Shown here: piece by piece, positions 12,976-24,732 of the stretch | How positions within the stretch are numbered: position 1 is the first letter of the stretch | Layout of the letters: every line of letters starts with the position of its first letter | NCBI GenBank assembly: GCA_964016885.1 | Contig: OZ024743.1 | Location: 276,024,001-276,088,000 of the forward strand | Direction of reading: 5' to 3' | Source: Eledone cirrhosa | Lineage: Eukaryota | DNA length: 64,000 bases | The notes under the pieces: generated by a model | What the model was told of the DNA's origin: nothing | Seen by the model: the letters and a program-made list of their open reading frames with translations, nothing else | The model's database searches: none | Made by a program: the position numbers and the translations under genes

Positions 12976-13304
12976 TCATCATCATATGTCCGCTTTTCCC
13001 TGCTTACAAGGGTGGGACGGGAACCGATTCTGGCTTGATTTCTACAGCTGGATGCCCTTCCTAACACCAACCTCATTTACAGTGAGTGCTGGTTGCTTTT
13101 TTGCTGTGGCACCTACACGACCACTTTGCAGTGGAATGATAGGGAATCCAGTCCCTATCATCTCATTTCTAAAGCTGAGTAAACTGGCGCAATGTGAAAT
13201 AAAGTGTCTTGCTCAAGGAAAGAACACATCACCCAGTCTGAGAATTGCACTCACAACCCTTCGATTGCAAGGCCAATGCTCTAACCACTAAGCCATGTGC
13301 CTCC
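12976..13304 (-). mobile_element. Family A SINE copy
   Basis: Reverse complement of 4558-4900 with few differences. Confidence 0.9.
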
Positions 13305-13318
13305 ATTATATATATATA

Positions 13319-13652
13319 TCATCATCATCATCATTTCATTTTACGTCCACTTTTCCCTGCTTGCAAGGGTGGGACGGGAACTGATTCTGGCTTGATTTCT
13401 ACAGCTGGATGCCCTTCCTAACACCAACCTCATTTACAGTGAGTGGTGGGTGCTTTTTTGCCGTGGCACCTCCACGACCATTTTACAATGGAATGATAGT
13501 TCCTATCATCTCATTTCTACAGCTGAGTAAACTGGAGCAACGTGAAATAAAGTGTCTTGCTCAAGGAAACAACACATCACCCGGTCTGAGAATTGAACTC
13601 ACAACCTTTCGATTGCAAGGCCAATGCTCTAACCACTAAGCCATGTGCCTCC
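13319..13652 (-). mobile_element. Family A SINE copy (tandem with the previous one)
   Basis: Reverse complement of 4558-4900, near-identical. Confidence 0.9.
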
Positions 13653-13683
13653 TATCTCTCTCTCTCTCTCTCTCTCTCTCGAG

Positions 13684-13738
<55 letters not shown>

Positions 13739-14672
13739 TTTGCTCTTTTCTAACCTCTTTTCTTTTCATTTTGTTGATAATCAGTTAACGAGTTGTTTGA
13801 AAAAAAGAAAAAATAATGTGTTGAATTTTGAATGTGATTTGAGTAAGTTCATCATAGCATACATAATATTCTTGGAAGAAGTGAAACTCAATAGCCCCCA
13901 AAATAGCTTAAAATCTGAATTATTCAACTAACCATTACAATGCACAAAGTTGGTAAAAAAACATTACATACTATATGAGTAATCAAAGTAATAATAAACT
14001 CATATTAATTAGCTAATTGTACAATTATGATTAACTAAATCTAATTTCACAGCAAAACAAATATTGATTTGTATTTAAGCCACAAGGTCAGAAAAATTTG
14101 GGGAAGGGCAAAGTTGAATAAATAACCGCTAGTACTTGACTGGTACTTTATCCACCCTGGAAGGATAAAAACCAAAGTTCACTCTGGCAGGATTTGAACT
14201 CAGAATGTAAAAGAGACAGAATAAATAACAATAGAATTTTATCCAATGCTCTACCCATTTTGCCAGTCAACTTGTTATTAAAATAAATATTTAAACTTTT
14301 AGACAAATCCCCAGACAGACATATGGCTCCATATTTTACCCTATCCCAGTGGAACTGAATAGTTTAGTGTAATTAACTTGTAAAAATCAATTGTAGAATT
14401 TATATAAAAACCAAGGTTATGAGTATATTTAACTGAAATTTAACTGAATTTTTTTTTCTCAAAGCATCATAAACAATGATATATGCAAGTACGTGTACAC
14501 GGCTTTGTTACACTAGCTATTGTATTCTTTTATTCTTTTACTGATTTCAGTCATATGATTGTGGCCATGCTGGGGCACCACCTTAAAGTCAATCCTATTG
14601 ACTTCAATATTTATTTTACCTATCACTTTTGTTGAATCGCTAAGTTACAGGACATATATAGAGATACAGGCG

Positions 14673-14718
<46 letters not shown>

Positions 14719-15376
14719 TGTATATGTACCTCGTCGTTGAACACCACTACTGTTTAATGTCTATTTTTTAACCTTGCATGGGTTAGATAGATCAAGTCAC
14801 ATTATGTGGCTAGACAGATCAGGTGACCATGTCTCACTCAAACAGTCTGTGCTTGGCCTTGTCTTTTATGACTAGATGGCCTTCCTAATGCCAACCATCT
14901 TACAGCATGTATGAATGTGTGTGTGCGCACACGTATGTACATATATGTGTGTAATGATGGGTTTCTACAGTTTCCATCTACTAAACTCCACACAGAAGAC
15001 ACTGTTCCACCCTAGGCTATAGAAGAAACTTGCCTAAGGTGTTGTATAATGAAATGGAACATGGTTGTGAAGCAAACTATTTAACCACATGGGCATATAA
15101 TATATAATATATATATATAATATATAATATATAATATATATATATATATAATATATATATAATATATAATATATATATAATATATATATAATATATAATA
15201 TATATAATATATATATATATATATATAATATATAATATATAATATATATATATAATATATAATATATAATATATATATATATATATAATATATATATAAT
15301 ATATATATAATATATAATATATATATAATATATATATAATATATAATATATATAATATATATATATATATAATATA

Positions 15377-16196
15377 CTAGCAGTAAAGCCCGGCGTTGCT
15401 CTGGGTCGCTCAGTAGCTGTGTTAAAGTTACAATGTTAAGTTTCTTTCTTGGCTTAAAAACTGTAGTGTCTACTGTGCAGACTTGCATGTGGTGTTTTTG
15501 ATTAATATTCCCTCAACCAACAATATGCCTTATGAAGTTAAGAAAACATAACGATAACCCGAATGTTATAACAAAAGAGGATGCTGGGGATAGAAACTGC
15601 ACTGGTTATTTATTAACAAAGATCGAAAATGTAAACACTGCAACGCAGAGAAAAACATTAGCGTAACCAAATTATCAGTTATGTCTGTCTGCACGCCTAT
15701 ATCACCTCTCTGCACGACTGTCTGTCTGCATGCCTAACGAAATTTACAGATACATATATTTTATATAAACTTATATAATTTTTGCTTTTTTTTACGAAAT
15801 ATTTGCTTGTTTTAAGTAGTTTTTAAATAGACTTGTTTTCAAGTAAAAATATTGTTTTAAAAGGCTTGTTTTACGTAGTCTTTAAATCGTGTATTGTGTT
15901 AATGTCATTTTAAACGCTGAGAAAGCCAGCGTAATTTTTTAAATTTTTGCACGCAGACGCTCAATGTAAACAGAACAAAGGGAAATAACTGATCACTTAC
16001 GCTCAAAAATCGATACATTATATTCGATTTCGTCACATAGGGTGGGTCAATTTGAAATTTTTTTTTTTCCGATGTCTTCGCTAGGGCTCAATGTACAAGT
16101 ATAGCAATTTCGGTGCAATTCCGTGAGAGATTCTAAGAGGAGATGTGTGCCAAAAATCGATAGACAGACAGACAACCACAGTTTTATATATATAGA
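15377..16196 (-). mobile_element. Non-autonomous Helitron (~820 bp)
   Basis: On minus it begins TC and ends CTAG, inserted between A and T with no TSD. There is an imperfect GC-rich hairpin (CCCAGAGCAACGCCGGG) just upstream of CTAG and a (TCTG)n microsatellite near the 5' end. Confidence 0.8.
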
Positions 16197-16302
16197 TAAT
16201 ATATATATATAATATATATATATATATAATATATAATATATATATTATATATAATATATAATATATATATATAATATATAATATATATATATAATATATA
16301 TA

Positions 16303-17697
16303 GTAACAGAAAGAGTTATAGCACAGCTGATTAGGGACCGGGTGAATATAGACGAGATGCAATTTGGGTTTGTACCAGGGAAAGGCACCACTGATGCGCT
16401 CTTCCTTGTGAGGCAATTACAGGAAAAGTACCTAGCTAAAAGTAAGCCACTCTACTTGGCATTTGTCGACCTTGAGAAAGCCTTTGACAGAGTTCCACGT
16501 GCAGTAATCTGGTGGGCTCTTAGAAAACTAGGAGTAGATGAATGGCTTGTGAAAGCGGTACAAGCCATGTATAGGGGAGCAGTCAGCAAAGTTAGGATTG
16601 GCAATGAGTATAGCGAGGAATTTAGCGTACAGGTTGGGGTCCACCAGGGCTCTGTTCTTAGCCCTCTCCTGTTCATCATAGTCCTGCAGGCAATAACGGA
16701 GGAGTTTAAGACCGGATGCCCATGGGAACTCCTGTATGCTGATGACCTCGCACTCATAGCTGAATCTATGGTAGAACTAGAGAATAAATTCCAAACCTGG
16801 AAGCAGGGACTAGAGAGAAAGGGCCTCAAAGTCAACATGACAAAGACTAAGGTCCTTATAAGTAGACGAGAAAACAGAACCCAGATCCCCTCAGGGAAAT
16901 GGCCTTGCTCAGTATGTAGGAAAGGTGTAGGTAGGAACTCCATTCTTTGCCCCAAATGCAAACAATGGGTACACAAGAGATGTAGCGGGATCTCAGGAAG
17001 CTTAATTAAGAATGTAGGATTCACATGCAGCAGCTGTGCTGAAACAGCAAGCAAACAGCCACAGGAAACAAGTACCACCAATCTCTGGGAGGGCCCTGTA
17101 GAAACAGTAGACAGCTTCTGCTACCTAGGTGACCGAATTAGCAACGGAGGTGGGTGCTCAGAAAGTACAATAACTAGGGTAAGAACGGGATGGAAGAAGT
17201 TTAGGGAACTACTACCACTGCTAGCTGCAAAAGGCTTCTCCCTCAGAATGAAAGGCAGACTGTATGATGCGTGTATCCGAACAGCGATGTTGCATGGTAG
17301 TGAGACCTGGGCGCTGAAGGTGGAAGACTTACGTAGATTAGAGAGAAACGAAGCCTGCATGCTCCGATGGATGTGTAACAGTAATATACGTGAACGACAA
17401 AGCATAAATGAATTGAGAGAGAGACTGAGCATAAGAGGAATCAAATGCTGCGTGCAGGAGAGGCGGTTACGCTGGTATGGACATGTGATGCGTATGAAGG
17501 ATGACAGCTGCATAAAAAGGTGCAGAGCACTAGAAGTTGATGGAAACCGCGGAGTGGGGAGACCCAAGATGACTTGGGATGAGGTGATAAAAGCCGACCT
17601 TACCCAACTACACCTCTCAAAGTCAATGACACACGACCGTGACTTCTGGCGTCACGCAGTAATACAGGGTACCCGACCTCCCATGGGTACATGCTGA
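16303..17697 (+). CDS. RTE reverse transcriptase, C-terminal part (no native start; 5'-truncated), with embedded C4HC3 finger
   Basis: ORF track 16342..17697 (451 aa): AFVDLEKAFDRV, GVHQGSVLSPLLF, LLYADD (YADD at 16735-16746), FCYLGD, RLRWYGHVMRM. No stops or frameshifts seen. Confidence 0.88.
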   Translation, partial: VTERVIAQLIRDRVNIDEMQFGFVPGKGTTDALFLVRQLQEKYLAKSKPLYLAFVDLEKAFDRVPRAVIWWALRKLGVDEWLVKAVQAMYRGAVSKVRIGNEYSEEFSVQVGVHQGSVLSPLLFIIVLQAITEEFKTGCPWELLYADDLALIAESMVELENKFQTWKQGLERKGLKVNMTKTKVLISRRENRTQIPSGKWPCSVCRKGVGRNSILCPKCKQWVHKRCSGISGSLIKNVGFTCSSCAETASKQPQETSTTNLWEGPVETVDSFCYLGDRISNGGGCSESTITRVRTGWKKFRELLPLLAAKGFSLRMKGRLYDACIRTAMLHGSETWALKVEDLRRLERNEACMLRWMCNSNIRERQSINELRERLSIRGIKCCVQERRLRWYGHVMRMKDDSCIKRCRALEVDGNRGVGRPKMTWDEVIKADLTQLHLSKSMTHDRDFWRHAVIQGTRPPMGTC

Positions 17698-17992
17698 AGC
17701 ATATAAACAATATGCCCCCCCCCCCCCCCCCACCGCAAGGTGGTCGTGGAGGTGCCACGGCAAAAAAGCACCCAGCCCACACTGTAAAGTGGACGTGTAG
17801 GCGCCACGAAAAAGCACCCAGCACTCACTGTAAATGAGGTTGGTGTTAGGAAGGGCATCCAGCTGTAGAAATCAAGCCAGATCAGTTCCTGTATGAGCAA
17901 GGCATGGTCAGCCGACCAGACACTGCCCACAACAGGACAACCCGTCTAACCCATGCTAGCGTGGAAGAACGGACGTAAAACGGTGATGATGA
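16303..17992 (+). mobile_element. 5'-truncated RTE-clade LINE, related to but diverged from the 9.4-12.9 kb copy
   Basis: Starts abruptly after a (TA)n tract at VTERVIAQLIRDRVNIDEMQFGF. The frame is open to the stop at 17697. The 3' UTR has ~43-bp subrepeats and ends GGACGTAAAACGGTGATGATGA. Confidence 0.95.
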
Positions 17993-17999
17993 ATATATA

Positions 18000-18030
<31 letters not shown>

Positions 18031-18082
18031 ATATACAATATATAATATATATAATATATAATATATATATATATATATATAA

Positions 18083-19402
18083 ACCCTCCTTCGCCTCGCC
18101 GATCCTCACCCTGAATTGTTTCTCCTTCTCGGGTGAGTTTTACCAACAGGTCACGGGGGTAGCCATGGGTACAAGAATGGGCCCGAACTATGCCGAACTA
18201 TGCCCGAACTATGCCATGTTGAGGCCCAAATCTTTGCCCAGTACACCGGCCCCACGCCCGAACTGTACGGTTGTTACATTGACGACTGTATCGGAGCCAC
18301 GGCCCTCACCCGAGAACAGCTCGACTCCTTTCTCTCCTTCTTCTGCTCCTTCCACCCCTCCCTCCATTTCACCACCTCTATCTCCACCACCCACGTCCAC
18401 TTCTTAGACATCTCCGTCGCCTTCGACCCCTCCCACCACTCCCTCGTCACCTCCGCCTTCTTCAAACCCACCGACTCCCACTCTTACCTCGACTTCACCT
18501 CTTCCCACCCCACCCACACTAAACCCTCCATTCCCTACTCCCAACTTCTCAGGATCCGCCGCCTCTGTAGCCGAGATGCTGACTTTGAGTCCCAGGCCCT
18601 TTCCCTAGTCAGCCATTTCATCCGCAGAGGTTACCCCCCCTCTCTCGTCCACACTGCTCTCACCCGCGCCCGTGCTGTCCCCCGCTCCACCACCCTCACC
18701 CCCACCCACCGTCTTCCCTTCCCCATCACCCCTCCACCGCCTCTTCCGACCCCTCCACCTCCCACATCTTCCCAACCCCACCACTCCCCTCCTTCAAACG
18801 CGCACGCAATCTCCGCACCCTCCTCGTCCACAGCTCCCTACCCCCCAACCCACGCTCTGTCCCCCCCCCCTGGTTCCTTTCCCTGTTCTAGGCCCCGCTG
18901 CAACACCTGTCCCCACATCACCAACACCACCACCTTCCAGGGTCCCAACGGCCACTCTCTCTCTGTCCGGCATGCCTTCCGCTGCACCTTCTCCAACTTA
19001 GTCTACGAACTTCGCTGCACGGAGTGCAGCGCGACTTATGTCGGACAGACGGGACGTCGCCTGGCGGACCGATTCACTGAGCACCTCCGGGATATTCATC
19101 TCGGGGGTAGTTCCCCCATCGCCCGCCACTTTGGTGGCCCTGGACATTCCGCACGCCAGCTCACAGTCTGTGGCCTACTCCAATGCCACGGAACACCCGC
19201 CAATCGCCTTAGAGTCGAACAAAGAACTATCTTCATCTTACAGACCCACTCCCCCCGGCCTGAACTCCCCACCCTTATTCCTTTAGCCTTCGACCGCCCG
19301 CCTCCCCCCACTAACACACCCCTCCTTTTCACCGCCCACCCCACAACTAACAATACTAACACCTCCACTCCACCCCTCATCCAACCACCCTTCCCCAACT
19401 AA
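18083..19402 (+). pseudogene. Penelope-like RT/GIY-YIG ORF remnant
   Basis: Frame broken by a short triplication (GCCCGAACTAT x3) at ~18181-18215 and by apparent frame slips in the Pro-rich section ~18720-18850 and near 19255. Confidence 0.8.
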
Positions 19403-20717
19403 CATACTAACATCTCTCCCTTCTTCTCCTCCTCCCCCTCATCACACGCACACACCCACCGGCACATATATACACGCGCTCACACTAAACACACACCCTA
19501 CTACCACCACTAACCCTCACACCTCCATCCCACCACCCCGCAACTAACCTCACTAACACCCCCTGACCCCAAACACACGCACCCACGTACACCACCCACC
19601 CCACACGCAACTAACACCCCCCAACCCCACACGCAACTAACACCCCCCAACCCCACGCACACTAACACCCCCCCACACACACCCTCGTACACCACCAACT
19701 CTACACACCCAACCACCACTAACCCCCACTCACACCTGCATTCAACCCTTCCCCACCTCCCCTATACTAACACCCACTAACACCCCTTCATCAGACTACA
19801 CACACACCAGTACACCACACTCCCTCCATAGAACTACACACACCCTTCTCTCCCCGCTCCACCCACACTCATCCCACTAACACCTCTACTAATACACACA
19901 CACCCTCCTCACTCCAACTTTCACACCTACCCATCCTCGCCCTTTTACCATTCCACCAACTGCTGCTATGCCCTCTGACCACCTCCCAGCACAAACAGAC
20001 ACACAGCACTCCCACTTCCTGTTGCGCGCGCACCCCACATATCTCCTCTTCCGACCATCGCTTCATGGAATACTCGTATGTGTAACTTGACCACCACAGA
20101 ATCCACTAAACATCATAGGATTTTGCCAACTTTTCAACCATCCTCTTACGTAATCACCTATATAACTCACCCACACACACACCCCAAAAAAGTTTTTTTC
20201 TCCACACGCCACCTACACCCACAACACGCTTAAACCCCACACACACGTGCTTTCCAACACATATTTACACCCTCAGTCTTCCTGATTCCTCTCCCCCCAC
20301 CCCTCTATCCACACACGCACAGACACTCCGACCTACAACCCCCCCCCACACACACACCTCTTCATGAACATGCAACCCCGTTCTTCCCCAACCCTTACTT
20401 TCATATACACACACACACACACGTACACCTACACACAACCTTCAGCCCTGCCCGCTCGGACACCCCATCTCCCTCTCCCCACTCCACCCGCCACCACCCC
20501 TACACACCCCACACCCTTCCACCACCTGTTTTACCCCCCTTTTAATTTCAGTTTATTTTGATCATGCTTTTATATTTAAATTTATTTCATTCCTTGTATT
20601 TTGATCATGCTTTATTTTATTTTAATTTTTATTTCATTCGCACCGTTTCCTTTCGCTATATGTCTCTCCACCACTCCCCTACACACCCTTTGAACTCTGT
20701 TCCCACACACTTCTCAC

Positions 20718-20742
20718 CCGAGAAAGGGCTTATGCCCGAAAC
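20718..20742 (+). ncRNA. Degenerate minimal hammerhead ribozyme motif at the Penelope 3' end (truncated by gap)
   Basis: CCGAGAA-A-GGGC-TTAT-GCCC-GAAAC: stem II and GAAA intact; the core differs from CUGANGA at two positions. Penelope pLTRs are known to carry minimal hammerheads. Confidence 0.6.
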
Positions 20743-20942
20743 NNNNNNNNNNNNNNNNNNNNNNNNNNNNNNNNNNNNNNNNNNNNNNNNNNNNNNNNNN
20801 NNNNNNNNNNNNNNNNNNNNNNNNNNNNNNNNNNNNNNNNNNNNNNNNNNNNNNNNNNNNNNNNNNNNNNNNNNNNNNNNNNNNNNNNNNNNNNNNNNNN
20901 NNNNNNNNNNNNNNNNNNNNNNNNNNNNNNNNNNNNNNNNNN
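20743..20942. other. Assembly gap (200 N)
   Basis: Run of n characters. Confidence 1.
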
Positions 20943-23900
20943 GTAAGGATGAAAGGCAAAGTTAACCTCGGCGGGATTTGAACGCAGGCAGTAAAGGGCC
21001 GTAACTCTATGTTGCAAAGCACGGCGTCCAACCCTCTACCGATACTGCGAATTCTTGTTGCTGATTTAGGCACAAGGCCAACAATTTGGGGGGAAGGGGA
21101 ACATGGATTAAATCGACCCCAATACAGTACTGGTGCTTTATTTATCGACCTCGTAAGGACGAAAGACAAAGTTAACCTCGGCGGGATTTGAACTCAGAAC
21201 GCAAAGGGGCATAACTATGCCGCAAAAAATGATAATTTCGACAGTTTGGGAAGCTAACGAACCCTTTGATACTAAGAAACTGACTACACTAAAAAAGAAG
21301 AAAAAAATTACTAAGACAGCATTTTCCGCTACGCAGTCCAAATCTTGACAAGTTATAACACTAAGCTATCGCTTTAGATATTCCCACAACCCTTCTATGC
21401 AACAGAGATGCTTAATGTACGGTGCTGTGACTTGCCACACGATATGGCTTGGGTGAGAGTGGACTGTGTAGTGGAAAACTTGTGCGTAGTAGTTTATTTA
21501 GTGTGGTTAGAGCAAGAAATCTCAAAAACTAGGTCTATTAGCTTACCAAAACTGTAAGTTTGAGAGAATGTGGCACATAGCTGAGAGAAGGGGGGAACAC
21601 AGTGTAGAGCTGGTCTAAGGGTGGCTAGGGCTAAATACCCAAGAGCCGGCTCTGGAGGTTGGTAAGAATGAGGAGATAGCTACTACCCCATCCAACCAAT
21701 CAGTGCCCTGCGGTAGACAATACAAATTTACACTTACAAAAACTATAACGAACCGTAAGTGGTTATCTATAATAGAAAGAAAATGTGTATTAAGACAAAA
21801 AAAACGGAGATGGGAATGTTATTTACATGCACAAAGGAGTGTTGTTCAGTTACTACTACTACCACCCCCACCGATAATAATAATGATATAATAATGCTTC
21901 CTCCTCCCCCATAAATGGATGTGACAATATCTTATGAAGACTTCGTAAGCATATTTGGCGAATGGCACTTCTGAAAAAAAAAATCTTTTTGATATCTGTT
22001 ATAACGTGCAGCTAACTCTCTGAAAAACGGATTCGTTGCGTTTCCTTAACTCCTCAGAAGAGAGCTTCCTCCATTACTTGTATAACTTCCTCTCTCGCTG
22101 ACAGAAGCTTAAAAGAACAAGTATTACAAGAGATCACCACCACTACTACTACAACAACAAATAATAAAAGAAATATTCTCCTTACTGACCGTAAGATACT
22201 CCCATCCACCCCCAGCGACATTAGATCGACGACTTGACATGGTACAGATGAAGTGTTTCGGTGATGCAGCAGCACTCTTAATATCCCCACCCCTAAAAAA
22301 AACTCTAGCAGCACGGATATATATACAAGTGAACAACTCCCAATGGGCAATACTAATTAGTACTATAATTGGTTTGACCCATTACCAAATGATTGGATGA
22401 ACCAAACGTTGATTTCTAATTTAGGCGCGGGGCCAGCAAATTTTGGAGAGATGGGCGAAGTTGATTAATTAAATCAATCCCGGTACTTGACTGGTAATTT
22501 ATATTACCGACCCTGGAAAGATGAAATGCAAAGTTGAATTCGGAGGGATTCGAACTCAGAATGTAAAGAAGCTGAACAGGTACTGCAATGGAATTTTATC
22601 CGACACTGGTGATTCTGTCAATCCACCACACCTTTATCAACCAACAAAACAATAGACAGCGACCACAACATGAACAAACTAATAATGATTTCTACTATAG
22701 GCACAAGGCCACCCTGGGGGGGGGGGGGGGGGGGGCTCAATTATATCCACCCAAGTGCATTACTTTATCGACACCGTAAAGATAAAAGGCAAAGCTAACC
22801 TCGGCTGGATTTGAACTAGGAACGTAATTATACAAAAAATGTCCAACGCTTTGCCGATACTGCCAATCCACAACCCTTTACATTCTGATACTAATAATGG
22901 TTTCTAGTATGGGCACAAGGTCAGAAATTTCAGGGAAGAGAGAAGTCGATTTCATTAACCCAGTACTTGACTGCCACTTTCTTTTAACGACCCCAGAAGA
23001 ATAACAGACAAAGTTGACCCCAGAATCTAGAGAGGCTGTAACGAAATACTATAAAATATTTCATCCAACTCACTAACAATTCTGCTAATCCACAATAATA
23101 ATCGTTTCTTATGACTACAACTTCTCTCTTATCTGTCCCTTAACTCCTGAGGGAGTCATAAGGGTGCAATATTGACTTATGGCGTTTCTAGGGCATTTTA
23201 AAGTCTGGCGGAGCCCATCTCCTCTCCAGGCCTTAATACAGCTGAATTCCAGAGAAGGATTGGAAATGAGAAAGAGGTATAGAAGGAAAATTGACCCCAG
23301 TATAAGACTGGTACATTTTTCCTCGACCTCGAAAGGCTGAAAGGCAAAGCTGACCTCGGTGAGCCGAAATGAATACCGAAAAGCATTCTATCCTATGTTC
23401 TAACGAGTCAACCAATTCACCGCTTTATGGCTACAACATGAACAGTTAAACTATACTAATATTTGTTTCTACTTTAGGCATAAGGCCAGCAATTACCCAG
23501 TGCATTACTGGTACTTTTATTTTATCGACCCCGTAAGGATGAAAGGCAAAATCAACCTCGGCGGGATTTGAACTCAGATCGTAAAGGGACGTAACTATGC
23601 TGGAAAGCATGGCGTCCGACCCTCTACCGATACTGCCAATCTCAATGCTTCATAATTTAGGCACAAGGCCAACCATTTGTGGGAAAGGAAAAGCCGATTA
23701 CATCGACCAGAAAAGATGAAAGGCAAAGTTGACCTCGGCAGGGTTTGAACTCAGAACATAAAGAGCTGAACAAATACCACAAAACATTTTGACCGCCACT
23801 CTACCGATTCTGTCAATCCATTTAACTATTACTACTAATAATTATTATTTCTACTTTAGGCACAAGGCCAGCAATTATCCAGTACATTACTGGTACTTTA

Positions 23901-24150
23901 TTTTATCGACCCCGTAAATATGAAAGGCAAAGTTAAAAAGTTAACATGGTTTCTGATATCGACAAGGCAAACAAAAAGATTGTTTATTTATATATATGGA
24001 GAGAGGAGAGAGACAGAAAGAGAGAGAGAGAGGGGGGGGGCATTAAATTGACCCCGAGAGGATGAAAGGTAAAGTTGATTTCGGCGAGATTTGAACTCAG
24101 AATATAAAGTACCGTTAACTATATATGCCACAAAGCATGTTGTCCGGTAT
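20943..24150 (-). mobile_element. Cluster of ~10 family B tRNA-derived SINE copies, all on minus
   Basis: Repeated reverse complement of TGGCAGTATCGGTAGAG (A box), GAGTTCAAATCCCGCCGAGG (B box), TTTGCCTTTCATCCTTACGGGGTCGATAAAATAAAGTACCAG and GCTGGCCTTGTGCCTAAAGTAGAAAC at approx. 20943, 21054, 22410, 22685, 22898, 23290, 23463, 23650, 23845 and 24045. Unique sequence lies between ~21250 and 22400. Confidence 0.88.
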
Positions 24151-24255
24151 TGCAAATAGTTATTGTTAATATTGTTACGTTGCTTTAAGTAATAGTTGCT
24201 CTTACAATAAGTGCGGTGTAAAGAGAAATATGCAATAAGATACTTTTTAATGGCA

Positions 24256-24294
<39 letters not shown>

Positions 24295-24732
24295 AAAATA
24301 AAATTGATCCCTAAGATAAAAATAGAATACTCGTCAATATGTTCCCAATAGCTCTTTTGACTGAAGTGCAGGAAATATTATACAGTGTGACACTAATGAG
24401 AAACTAACTAGTTTTGTCCAATGAGAACCAACGTAATGCAAACAATCGACACTACCGCCACGAGCCTCTATGCTCACTAAGTATGCTAGAAATAGTAGCC
24501 AAATAAACCGTTCCGGCTGTTTTTGTTATTTAATATAGGAAGGACCAGAGCCAAGATGGGCGCCTGGGTAATTTAGCGGTCTAGGCTAGTCGTAGAACGT
24601 GCAGGTCTTTCTCAGAAATAAAGTAACTTCAACTAACAGTTTTGCAGACTGACAAACCTAGTTTTTGACACAATTTGTGAAACTATAAAAACATTACCGC
24701 TGAACAAAGTGGTAACTATATCAGCTATAATA

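Larger units (their letters stand above)
18083..20742 (+). mobile_element. 5'-truncated Penelope-like retroelement (RT + GIY-YIG endonuclease; Cys-rich linker as in the Neptune clade) with long C/A-rich 3' region
   Basis: ILTLNCFSFSGEFYQQVTGVAMGTRMGPNYA, YIDD, FLDI, KPTDSHSYLDFTSSHP, IPYSQLLRIRRLCS, linker CSRPRCNTC, GIY-YIG-type NLVYELRCTECSATYVGQTGRRLADRFTEH. It ends in a hammerhead-like motif right at the assembly gap. Confidence 0.9.

Noticed and set aside
13654-13738. Long (CT)n/(GA)n hairpin
   Set aside because: Adjacent complementary microsatellites; common and uninformative.
20558-21169. ORFs spanning 20.6-21.2 kb
   Set aside because: Artefacts of reading through the N gap.
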